From Pseudovirgaria hyperparasitica (Eukaryota): 20,410 bases of DNA. The position numbers were made by a program, and so were the translations under genes. The first letter of the stretch is position 1, and each line of letters begins with the position of its first letter. Where the stretch lies: the NCBI GenBank assembly GCA_010093815.1, contig ML996565.1; one strand, written 5' to 3'. Shown in pieces: positions 1-10,659 of this stretch. The notes beneath the pieces are model-generated. The model worked only from the letters and a program-made list of their open reading frames with translations, was not told the origin of the DNA and did not search any database.

Positions 1-30
1 TATTAGTTAAGGGCTACCCTTAACTAATAA
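1..30. repeat. Palindrome copy 1 (cut by window edge), loop CTA
   Basis: TATTAGTTAAGGG-CTA-CCCTTAACTAATAA. Confidence 0.95.
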
Positions 31-1480
31 CTATAGCGGCCTTAGGTATCGTAATACCCCGGTATACGCTAGATATACCCCTACTAGTACGGTAGAAACG
101 GCTATATAGTAATATTAATATAGATAGCTAGACACCTATCTAAAATATAGAAACTAACTAAGGGTGCAAAGCGCTATAGATAACCTAGACTAAGGGGACC
201 CTAAGAGGGGAGACCCTCCTAGATAAAATTAAATACTAGATAATATATATAGAGAGGGACGCTAAGGAGGGAAAGAAGACCCTCCTTTATATATTCCGGG
301 ACCTTATCCGGAACCTAAGAGGAATCACGGAGGAAGAAAGAAAGTCGCCACGAGAGGAACCTAGTAGTAGACTCGACTAAATAGAAGCTAGTCTATAGAG
401 AATCTAGGAAGAGCTATTCTAAGGTAAGCGCCCTAACACGTGGGCTTAGATTATAGTAATACCCGGAGCTACCGTACTAAGGACTACTAGGACCATAGAT
501 AGAGTATATAGTATACGTGTCGTAATCTAGGATAAGGACACGCTAGCGTAGGTCTAATAGGCATCCCTAAAGGAAATTATAAATAAGATTAATAAATAGA
601 AAGGAATATAGTTAAGCGTCGTAGCTACTAAAGTTACGCTAGGTAGGGTAGTACTTACTACTATAATGAATACTACGTAGTAAAACATCTCGCGAGATCC
701 GAACGCGATAGGTAGTATCTTCCCTAGCGCGTCTATTAGGGTAGCTATATACCCGATTATAGTATACGTAGTACCCGTGTAGGGATAGGCTATCGGAGCG
801 GAGGATATTACGCGTATAGAATAATCTAACACGCGAAAATACCTAGGGATTAAGATCGTAAAAGCGTGGTAGAAGAACCTATAGACGATTAAGACGACGG
901 CGAAAAAACACTCTACTATAATTATAGAGCTCCGAGACCCCGCCCTCGTATAATATATTATATAGAAGGGATTTCTAATAGAAGGAGAGCTCCTTATGGC
1001 CGAGCTATAGAATAGGGCATGGGTAATAATATAGTACTTTAACTATTAAGGGTATAGATATACTATATAAAGGTACTTATAGAAGACTAAGTGCGGATAG
1101 TACCGTAGGGACCACGCTACCTAGGAGTACCCTTATGAACCGCGAGGAGACGGACTAAGAAATAGGGATATAGTATAGTATTTAAACTACGATGGGAAAC
1201 ACCCGTCGTAGTCATTAATATATATAAAATATAAATAGATTATAGAATATATTCGCACGATAAAAGTAAGAGGCGTGAGATAGTTATAGAATATAATATC
1301 TACCACGAGCCCTTCCTTTATAATACCCCTAACCTCCCCTCCGGAAGGTAGTTAGGTAGGATAGTAGACTATCCCAAAGACGATAGGACGACTAAAAGGC
1401 ATAGTTAAAGCCGCTACCGCGCGAGGATAGTCGCGCCTCTAAGGAATAAGTATATAGATATATATACTCCCTAGTACCTA
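31..1480 (+). pseudogene. LINE ORF1 (gag-like, three zinc knuckles), RIP-inactivated
   Basis: At ~1035-1225, reverting RIP transitions gives QCFNCQGYGH, KCGWCRGDHATQEC and CLNCDGKHPSWSLMC. Boundaries are approximate. Confidence 0.8.
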
Positions 1481-1489
1481 ATAAGGGAC

Positions 1490-4400
1490 TAGAATATACT
1501 CTAAATTATATAGGTAAACATATAATATAAAAGAGAGAACTAGGCGACGCTCCTCGAAGAGACCGGGGCTATAATACTCGCTATCTAGGAACTCTATAAA
1601 CACTACTAGACGAGTAAACCAACTATACACCCCGGATACCATACTATATACCCTCTAGGACTAGAAAGACGAGTCCTCTTCCATATTTATAGGTTAATAC
1701 TACTCTTATTATAGTCGTATACCGAGCGCGATAACCTTAGGATAATACTACACCTATAAATAGATATAGGCCCCCTATATATATATAATATATATAACTA
1801 ATAACGTATACTTATACTAGATAAGATGCTTAAGGGTACTATAGAACTAGGGTAATACATCCTTCTAGGAGACTTTAACCTCTACTACTAATAGTAGAGA
1901 GGCCTAGCCATAGTTAGGGAAGAACTTAGAGTAAGGGAACTACGCACCCGCTACCACGACTTCCTATACCTACTTATACCTATAGAATAAGTTATATAGA
2001 AAAAACATAAATAGGACGAAGACGGGTCTACGCTTAACCTTACCTTCGCTACGGAGCATATTAGTTACCGGATCTAATACTACCGCCTAGGCTAGGTATA
2101 GACGGATTCCGACCATGAATATATAGAAACCGTAATAAATGTATATACCCTAAATGAATAACGGGGACGATAGATATAGAAGGATACCGACTAGGAAAAG
2201 TATCTAAAGGACCTAGAATCGGCGATTCTAGATCCCTCTATAGTTAATATATCTAATAACCTAGCCATAGACTAGGCCGTATAGATACTCCTATAAATAT
2301 ACTAGAATACGAGAAATAAACACGTACTATACCGAATATACCGGCCCCCGGAAGTAAAGGGGATTTCTCGAGTATAGGAAAGTAGATAAGACGCCCGAAG
2401 GCTATATAGATGTATATACCGTATAAGGATACCCGAGTCGTAGAAAGAATAGAAGGAAGCGATATAATAACGCGATAAAGTCCTCCGTAACGAAAGGCAT
2501 AAATAATAGTATATAATTACTAGTTAATAGATATAATATATAATAGAGCTATGGTATATAGCGAAATAGGCTAAGGGCGTAGATACTCTGATACCTCTAC
2601 TACTTATGCCTCCCCTAATATATTAGAGGAGAATATACTCTATAGGCCTTAAGAAAACTAAGGCCCTACGGGAGGCCATGTTCCCTCTCCCGGAACTAGT
2701 AGATCTATTAGACGTTCACGACGCTAAATATCTATACACGGTAGATATCCCCGAAGAAGTTACGGAGGAGGACATACTTAATATTATTAAGATACTCCTA
2801 AATAATAAAGTACCCGGACTAGATGGAATTCTAAATCGATGCCTAAAAAGTACTATAAAAGCGACCCTACCGCTTATTACTTATATATTCTAAGTATACG
2901 TTACGTAGGGGTACTACCCCTAGAGCTTCTAAGTCGCCTATACTATTATACTCCCAAAACTAGAAAAGAGCCCTAACTCTCTAAAGGGATAGAGACTAAT
3001 CGCCCTTCTCTTCTACCTAGGTAAGATACTAGAGGCTACGATAGTGAAGAAGATAAGTACCGCGGTATAGAAATATAATCTCCTCCCTCCGAACTAGAAG
3101 GTAAAGATAGATAGCTCCCTAATAATAGCTATCTAATATATTATCGAAGTCGTCTAGGCCGTATAGAAATAGAGACGGGTAGTATCGCTCCTCTCCCTCG
3201 ATATGGCCGGAGCGTTTAATAAGGTAAACCATATAAGACTTATTTATAATCTCCGGATAAGACGAATACTAGAATAGATTATACGCTTTATATAGTTATT
3301 CCTCATAGGAAGAATAACTTAGATATATATCTCTAGATACTAGAGCGAATATAAAGAGACGGTATACGGCATCCTATAAGGGAGTACCATCTCTCCGATT
3401 CTATTTCTCTTCTTTACGGTAGACCTTCTTTAAGGAATAAAGTATATAGAGGTAGTCGGATATGCCGATAATATATACCTCCTAGCCATTAATAATAATA
3501 CTAACCGAACGTATAGACGACTAGAATAGAACTATAAGAGGTACCTCTAGTGGGTAAAACGCCATAGAGTAAAGTTCGCCCTAGAGAAATACTAGCTCAT
3601 GCACTTTATTAATTATTAAGGGAAATAGATAACTAGGGAAGGCGAATAACGCCCCCGAATCGACGTATTTAACGAACTACTAGTATAAAGCATACGCACG
3701 CTCGGAGTCATACTAGATAGCAAGCTTAAATGGGGACCATAAGTGGCATACGCCGTCTCTAGGGCCCTCTAGGTAGAAGCTACTATATAACGGATTATAG
3801 CCTCTACGTAGGGAACCGCCCGGGATAAGGTACGCTAGCTATATATATCTATAGTACGACCCGCCTTTATGTACGGACACGAGTGCTAGTATACAGCCCT
3901 TATATAGACTAGGTAAATAAAGCTCGAATCCATATAGAACCGCATACTCCGTCTTATATTAGGCGTATATAAAGCTACTAATACGGTACTACTACGACGC
4001 GAGATAGACGTTATAAGTATATATAACTTCTACTAGATATAGAGGGTAGTATACTTTACTAAATAATAAGTATAGGAACGTATAGAAAACGTAGAATATA
4101 CTTTCGCCGCGCTACGTGTATAAATTAGCATATATTACCGCGCACTCCTATATATAGGCCAGAATCGAATACAGTATAGGTACTTAATAGAAGCCAACTC
4201 TAGCTAAGTAGTATAAGAAGTCCGAGATAACCCGGACGCTCTTCTAGACCGGTAGAGTCTTTAAGAACTCGTAAAAAACATACAGTCATAGACTTAAGAT
4301 AAGTAGAAAGAGGCACTCCGTGCCCACTAGACCTCCTAGTAGGATAGGTACCTAGAGTGGATTCGAGGGCTATAGAAGGAACCGAGTAAATAGATATATA

Positions 4401-4720
4401 AAGGGCTAACGAAAGCCTAAGTATCTATACTTATCTAAGCCCGAATAGGCGCCATAGGACTCCTATACTATATCTATAAGAGAGGCGTTCCCGACACCTC
4501 CCTATAGTATAAGGCGTGCGGCCGGAGAGGTATAATACGCTACTATCTAGCTATATACCCTAACCTCTATATATAATGGTAATAGCTTATCCACGTTACG
4601 AAGACTTTAGATATCATATAATAGCTTAATAAGTACCCTAAGAACGTCTCCTAATAGATGCTTATATATCTACTACTTCTCTAGTACTAGTAGACCTAGA
4701 AATATATACTAGAAGAGACC
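1490..4720 (+). pseudogene. LINE ORF2 (APE endonuclease, reverse transcriptase, CCHC), RIP-inactivated
   Basis: ILAI(Q)E ~1572, LLGDFN with GDFN at 1868-1879, KVPGLDGI ~2808 (inside ORF-track 2678..2893), SLLSLDMAGAFNKV ~3185, GIL(Q)GSTISPILF ~3368, YADN (=YADD) 3461-3472, LGVILDSKLKW ~3701, Cx2C..H..C ~4508-4560. Confidence 0.92.
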
Positions 4721-4776
4721 CGGTATACGCCGGTAATAACCCGATATATACTAGAAGAACCCCGGGAGAACCCCGA

Positions 4777-4807
4777 TTATTAGTTAAGGGTAGCCCTTAA
4801 CTAATAA
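4777..4807. repeat. Palindrome copy 2, 14-bp arms, loop TAG
   Basis: TTATTAGTTAAGGG-TAG-CCCTTAACTAATAA, at the LINE ORF2 end / 3' UTR. Confidence 0.97.
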
Positions 4808-5027
4808 CCTCCGTATCTATACGTACTACCTAAGGGTAAAATAATAGTAATATAGGCTATAGGCTAATAGGCGTACCCTATAGCTATATACTTAAGACGA
4901 AATAGAGGTTTAACGAGATGTAGTTATAGATATAAGGAAGTTTTTCCCTATGGGGTTTCTTCTTATATAGTGGCTTAGACTAGAGGAGGCATAGGCCTAT
5001 AGAGTACTACTCTACCTAGTTATATAA

Positions 5028-5057
<30 letters not shown>
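5028..5057 (+). repeat. (TAT)10 microsatellite, LINE 3' tail
   Basis: Ten TAT units at the exact switch from LINE 3' UTR to Gypsy RT codons (TAT ACT ATT ATA CTA TTC GGG CTA = Y-T-V-M-P-F-G-L after RIP reversal). Confidence 0.8.
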
Positions 5058-5058
<1 letters not shown>

Positions 5059-6473
5059 CTATTATACTATTCGGGCTAACAAATACGCTAGGAGCGTTCT
5101 AAGGATATATTAACACTATACTCGTAGGATTACTTAACGTGATTTACGTAGTTTATCTCAATAATATACTAATTTACTTCGATAGCATATAGGATTATAA
5201 AGAATACGTGAAATTAGTGCTAAATCGTCTAAGATAGTATAAACTCTATATAAAATTATCTAAATACGAGTTTTACTAATAAGAAGTTAGGTTTCTCGGC
5301 TTTATTATAATATATGGCGGCCTAAAAATAGAGCCGGAGCGTATAAAGACTATTATAGAATAGCTAGAACCTACTACTATACGTTAAATTAGAACGTTTA
5401 TAGGTTTCGTAAACTATTATTATAAATTCATTATAGGCTTCTTACGAATTACGGCGCCGCTTAATAAACTTATAGAGAATAGCGGTAAAATCTCTATAGG
5501 TAGGCGAGTATAGCGCAAAGCTAAGTCGGTCGAGATATAGTTAACGCCGGAAGCGTAAGATACGTTCTAATCGTTAAAGAACTACTTTATAACTACGCCG
5601 ATTCTTAGGTATTTTAATCCTAAGAAGTATATTTAGGTTGAAACTAACGCGTTAGAATTTATAATTACTAGAATTATTAGTTAACCGTATAAAGATACGA
5701 AAGACAAGGTATAATGGCACCCGGTCGCCTTCTTTTCCCGTAAAATAGCGGATATAGAGACGCGTTATAACACGCATGACTAGGAACTACTTATGATTAT
5801 TAAGAGTTTTAAGCAATGGCGATATTATTTAGAAGGCTCTATATATTAGATCGAATTATTATCGGATTACGTAAATCTACGTTACTTTATATCGACTAAG
5901 GTCCTTAATCGCCGATAAGTACGTTAGGCTAAGTAGATATTAATATTTAACTTTAAAATCTTATATAAAGCTAGAAGAGAGAATAAAGCTAATCCTCTAT
6001 CGCGGCGTAAAGATTATAAGAAATCATTATAGAATAACGTAGATAGTTAGTATAAGTCAGACTATACTATACTTTAGATACTATAAGACTAGTTATCTAA
6101 TAGAATACTAGAAGCTAGGACACTTTCGGCGATTCTCCGCAGGAATTAGAGCGGGTATTAAGTAATCTAAATAAACGTCTAAGAAACTAAGAAAACCCTC
6201 GAAGACTTAATTAAATCTATCTAGAATTCCGATATATTAGTAAAGAAAGTTATAAGTATAAAAGGAAGCGCTATAGATCCGCTATAGTTATTAAGGTAGA
6301 AATAATAATCGGACGCGATCTACTTCTAAGGCCGACTCTACGTGCCGGAAGGCGGCTTATAAATTAATGTTTTAAGGGAATAGTACGATTACACGTTAGT
6401 AGGGCACTTTAGTATTATAAGGACGGTCGATTTAATCCGAAGGACGTACGACTAGCTAGGTCTTTATAAATAT
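5055..6473 (+). pseudogene. Ty3/Gypsy chromovirus-like element A, pol part 1 (RT C-terminal part, RNase H, integrase HH), RIP-inactivated
   Basis: MPFGLTNAP-like motif at 5064, YLNN (=YLDD) 5154-5165, VET(D)AS ~5637, WHPVAFFSRK ~5716, RYNTHD(Q)ELL ~5763, H...GHF ~6384-6410, RTYD(W)LGLYKY ending at 6473. Confidence 0.93.
6470..6473. repeat. 4-bp target site duplication ATAT (partner at 17913-17916)
   Basis: ATAT flanks both LTR outer ends. Removing one copy restores the host integrase reading frame. Confidence 0.85.
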
Positions 6474-6845
6474 TATAGTAAGCTATCGCTACGTATATCC
6501 CTTTTATAAATGGCTATATTCCTAGTATAGTAGTCGCGACGAACTCACAAGTATCTCTTCTAGGTATTATAAGTTCTCTTTAAACGCACGACTTCTTATT
6601 AGTTCTCTTTTATAATAGAATGGGTCTATATAATACTCTTAATTAATTCTTTAATAGCTAAGCCTAATAATTAATACCTATAGAGGCCCATGAACATAAG
6701 GAAAGGTCGAATAGTCGAATATTAGTAATAGGGGAAGCGCGCCGAGTAGAATGGCCAAGGAAAACGCCCTCCTTAAATATATAATAAAGCCATGTGATCG
6801 AGCTAGGGACACATATATATAGGGCTGCAGGAGCGGCCTTCCATA
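6474..6845 (-). repeat. 3' LTR of element C
   Basis: 372-bp direct repeat of 17541-17912. About 23 differences by manual count, all transitions, no indels. Preceded by the PPT on the minus strand. Confidence 0.96.
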
Positions 6846-6860
6846 TATACCTCCCCGGCC
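6846..6860 (-). other. Polypurine tract of element C
   Basis: Minus strand GGCCGGGGAGGTATA lies immediately 5' of the 3' LTR. Confidence 0.75.
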
Positions 6861-6991
6861 CATAGAACTACTACCCTTAGTAGTATAGTAACCGTATAAG
6901 AAACCATGTAAAGAACGCCTAAAAGAAAGACCTTAATACGAATAAAATACGCCCCTAGTAAACCTCTTAGCGCGGGTAAACCTTAGCCCGG

Positions 6992-7024
6992 ATTATTAGT
7001 TAAGGGCAGCCCTTAACTAATAAT
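6992..7024. repeat. Palindrome copy 3, 15-bp arms, loop CAG
   Basis: ATTATTAGTTAAGGG-CAG-CCCTTAACTAATAAT, at the 3' end of the extra ORF of element C. Confidence 0.97.
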
Positions 7025-7029
7025 TAGGT

Positions 7030-9977
7030 AGGTTTTTAGGCGCCTAATCTTAGTACTTAAGGTCGCGAGCTAGCTCCTAAAGAATCGTATTACTTATCTT
7101 AGAGAGGTTAGATTCCTCCTCATCGGATAGTTCGTTAGGCCTCTTCTATCTATAAAAGTTCTCTTTAATATTATCTAGGCCTATATCGGACTCGAATTTC
7201 TTAAAATTAATTAGCCGCTTAGCGGCGCGCGCCTCGTTAAATTCCTTCTAGAACGACCTATCCCTATAGACTAGCCTTTCCTACCTTACTATTTTCTTAA
7301 AGGTCTCTATAAATACCCTCGAGCCCTCCTTAAACCAGGCGTCTACCTTAGCTTTAAGTTATTAAGGACTTATATTAAGCTACGTAGCTACCTCTTCTTT
7401 CACCTCCTAGCTATCCTATCTTTTACGGCCGACTAATATATTACTAACGGCGTTAAAACTCGGGAGTTAAACTACGGCTAGGAAGGTAAAAGGAATCGCG
7501 CTATATTTATTAGAAAATCCCGACGGAGACGTGGGTCCCGGAGTTAAATTTCTATAAGCTACTGCGAGTTATTCCTATATACCCATTTTAGACACTTCCA
7601 TTATTATGTAATTAGGGCTAATCGCGATATACCATAGAAGTATCGTACGTCTTCCACCCTTTACGGGACCCTAGACGCCGTGCATTATTAGTAGACTAGA
7701 GATACGCACTTTAAGGGACTAGTAGGGGACCGGGACAAAGGGACTAAATCGTTTCTTATCGTCTATATTATAGATCTTATTATTAATAGCCGTGATTATA
7801 CCGTTTTGATTGACCCCCTCGCGGAGCTTAGCCTTTAACTACTATTCGTTTAAGAACTTATAGGAGCGGGGAATGATTATAGTATAGTCGTTACTTCGTT
7901 CGTCGTCGAGACTAATACTCCCCTAGATTATATTAAACCCGTGTCTATTACTAGGATCGAGGATTCGATTAATGGCGTTATCGAGATACTTAAAACCCGT
8001 CTTATCGCCTCTATCCTAGGACTTCGCATAGTACGGGTACGAGATTAGATAGTAGTTAAGATCAGGCCAAAGAGCGACATAGATAAGCTAGTAAAGTAGA
8101 CATTACCTAATAAACTATTAGATATAGGAGTAGTATATAGTTCGTAGCTAGCCGTAGTTCAATTTCTTATTAAACATGCGCTAGTAGTACTTATATATAT
8201 TAAATTCATCCCTCGCGAGTTCTAGAATACTCTTATTAAGTATAGAGGTCGTCTTTTTAAGTAGCTCGAAGAGCCCTTTAATATTAATACTTCTAGTACG
8301 TTTCTACTCGTCGAAGAGTTACCTACCTATCCTACTATCCTTCTTCTAAATTACAAATACGATACTAGTAAGGATGGTTTTAATATTAATAACTTACTTC
8401 GGGGTCTCTAGGGCCTAGTAATAATAGATATCTAATGCCTCTATTAGATAAGGTGGCTGCGCGTACTTCGCGAACCAGGTATAGCGGTCCTTATAAACTT
8501 TAAGGGCCCCTACGTTATCTCTAAACTTATATACTATTTTAAGTCTCGCTACTAGGTTTAAGTAGAATATACTAATAAGTATATTATTCTTTCTAGCTAC
8601 GTCTTAGTAATACTTATAGTAGACTTTATACGGAATAGCCATGTTACCTATCTACGCTTTCTAGTGTACTAGTAGGGCCATTCCCTTAATACTCATGAAA
8701 TTCTTCTTTAATAATATAGCTACCTTAAAAGTCTTCGTCACTAAAGGCGCGTATTAATACTTCTTAGGCTCGTCCTCTTCCTTAACTAATACTATTATCT
8801 TAGGGTACGAACTAAGAATAACCGGGGATTATCGTATAGGCGCCCCTAGTAATTACTAAGGGCCGGTAGATAAGGCACGTCCGCGAGTAGGTTTTATTAG
8901 TATAGCTATAACGGGTACTAAAGAGGTTCTCGCATGGCCCGGTAAGGGACGTATACTAGTAGTAGTAGAAGGAATACTTACTTTAAATGGACGACTAGCT
9001 TCGAAGAGACGACGTACTACTAAACTAGAAGGCGTGCTTCGTGGAGGGGACTTTACTATAGACGTTATCTATACTAGTTTTAGCGACGGTAAGGTCTAAG
9101 GCGGAGGCGATATGCTTATCTCTTTAATTTATAGGTAGTATTTAACGGGCCTATGAACTATTCTACTTATCCGTGACTATTAACTAGCGGGGATAATAAG
9201 TCCCGTCTTATTATAGAACGTTAGTTTATTTTATCGGCTAGGGTAGTTCGAGAGTTACTAGAGAGATAGACCATTCTTATTACTATCGCTAGCTAGGGCG
9301 GTATCGATATTAGAGCTCTAAAGATATACCTTAATTCCCCTTCCCTTCTATCCCTAGCCGATTTAGGACTATAGGGATACGTTTAACTAGTTCCTTACTC
9401 TCGCCCATGTCCGTATTCATAAGAGCGCTACTAGCTTTTCTATAAAGTTCTATATTTACTAGAGCTATCCGAGGGCGGATTAGAGTGACTAGCTATCGTT
9501 ATTAGGGAGGTCTTTTTACTAGTTTTATAGGATCGTATTTTTAGCTTTTAGAATGCGGGAGTTGGTATCTCTTCTACGACGAATTATCTCATAGACTTCT
9601 TTCGGAATGGAGGAGTTAATCTTTACCTTACTATACCCTATTACGGCTCCTACTTTCTAGAAGGGGTTAACTATACTACTTAAGAGCTATTCTATAAGGC
9701 TAGTAATATAAAGGAGATTATTAAACGTGTCTAGAATATAGTCCTATCGCTCTTACGGGTCCTAGATAGCGATAATTCGGTTAATAGTAGACTTATTTAC
9801 TTCCGTAGCTTCTATAGCCTATCCGTGCGGAGTAGTAGATAGCCTCGATACTATAATAGCCGTTAATAGCCCTACTTTAGTACTTACGACTCTTAACTAG
9901 GACCGCGTCTATCTTATTAGTACTTAACGATCTTATAACTCTTTACGGGTAGGCGTTTTCTTTTTCGGCGGGGCTAT
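7030..9977 (-). pseudogene. Extra ORF of element C: ~980-codon protein with C-terminal PhyH-like 2OG-Fe(II) dioxygenase domain, RIP-inactivated
   Basis: Checkpoints 9977, 8759, 8630 and 7988 share one frame. De-RIP-ed motifs: ISYPYYAK..GDKTGFK(H)LD (HxD 7980-7988), I(Q)GSISLDDE ~7900-7930, FVPVP(C)..VRIS..IMHG (His 7680-7682), RRTIL(P)WY ~7630-7655. Confidence 0.75.
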
Positions 9978-10199
9978 TATTATTATCGGTTCTATTAGCG
10001 AGTTACGTTCTAAGGAGAGATAGTTAAGCGAGGCGGAAGTGGAGGAGGAGGTTTTATTAATTAAGGAGGTATAGAGAGGTATAAGAGGGAAGAGTTATAT
10101 ACTATCTTAAGTTCTCTTTTTATGCCTCCTTGAATGCCGGGTATATAGTAATTTTTATAAATGATCCTTACTAACGGCCGTAGGCCCGTATATATATCG

Positions 10200-10300
10200 A
10201 ATCTATGAATGAATATATACTAGATATATAGGAAATCTATGAATAAATGTATCTACCGGGTATATAGCGGAATCTATAAATAAATAGATACCGGGTATAT
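10200..10300. repeat. Three imperfect ~35-bp tandem repeats (AATCTATRAATRAAT...TACYRGRTATAT)
   Basis: Units start near 10200, 10234 and 10271, in the spacer between pol and the extra ORF. Confidence 0.75.
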
Positions 10301-10534
10301 TCTTATCCTTATGAGACTTTCTATAAGTATCTTTTTCTCCTATACCTCCTCCTTCTTTTCTTCCTTATTAGTTTCTAACGGGGCCCGTTCTATAGTAACG
10401 AAATAGGCCTTTAATAGATAGGCTTCGATTATACGACCGGCTTCAATGTATAGTAGGTGGAATTCGTATAAACGCCATTATATCTTCTTTCGAGCATTAC
10501 TTACTTTAATAATAAGTTTTATTATTTTATAGTA

Positions 10535-10606
10535 ATAATAGAGTTTATCATCCTCTTTTAATAATAGAGTTCATCATCCTTTTTCGATAATAGAGTTTAT
10601 CGTCAT
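10535..10606. repeat. Three 26-bp tandem repeats (ATAATAGAGTTYATCRTC...)
   Basis: Units start at 10535, 10561 and 10587. Confidence 0.85.
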
Positions 10607-10659
10607 GAGACTACTTTTATAAGTATCCCTTCCCTCCTTAAAAAAACTTCTATCCCCTA

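Larger units (their letters stand above)
1..5057 (+). mobile_element. RIP-degraded non-LTR retrotransposon (LINE, Tad1/I-group-like); 5' end not seen in window
   Basis: ORF1 with three CCHC knuckles, ORF2 with APE, RT and C-terminal CCHC, 3' UTR ending in (TAT)10 joined to Gypsy RT sequence. Confidence 0.93.

Noticed and set aside
554..832. ORF-track 92-aa minus-strand ORF
   Set aside because: Antisense to LINE ORF1. The I/Y/L-rich composition is a RIP by-product with no recognisable motif.
2678..2893. ORF-track 71-aa ORF as an independent gene
   Set aside because: It is a stop-free fragment of LINE ORF2 (KVPGLDGI = KAPGxDGI pre-RT motif).
4777..4807. Palindromes as CRISPR repeats, bacterial terminators or sequencing linkers
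   Set aside because: Copies are kilobases apart with no spacer array, and the context is eukaryotic RIP-ed DNA. The sequence does not match the Nextera, 454 or loxP linkers I know, and copies differ by a RIP-type change.
4808..5027. Palindrome copy 2 as the LINE/Gypsy junction
   Set aside because: Non-coding sequence continues to the (TAT)n tail, and Gypsy RT codons begin only at ~5055, so the palindrome is internal to the LINE.
6678..6863. 61-aa ORF, and its 60-aa counterpart at 17731-17913
   Set aside because: Both lie in the LTRs and are in different frames in the two copies, so they are chance ORFs.
6992..7024. Palindrome as a head-to-head telomere fusion (TTAAGGG/CCCTTAA resembles TTAGGG/CCCTAA)
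   Set aside because: Only one imperfect unit per arm and no tandem TTAGGG array, so the resemblance is too weak.
8780..8791. Half-site CCTTAACTAATA matching the right palindrome arm
   Set aside because: 12-bp AT-rich match lying in frame within ORF3 with no partner arm; plausible by chance in RIP-ed DNA.
7030..9977. Extra ORF as env or as a separate nested DNA transposon
   Set aside because: No signal peptide or transmembrane pattern, DDE motif, TIRs or TSD were recognisable. The motifs fit a 2OG-Fe(II) dioxygenase instead.
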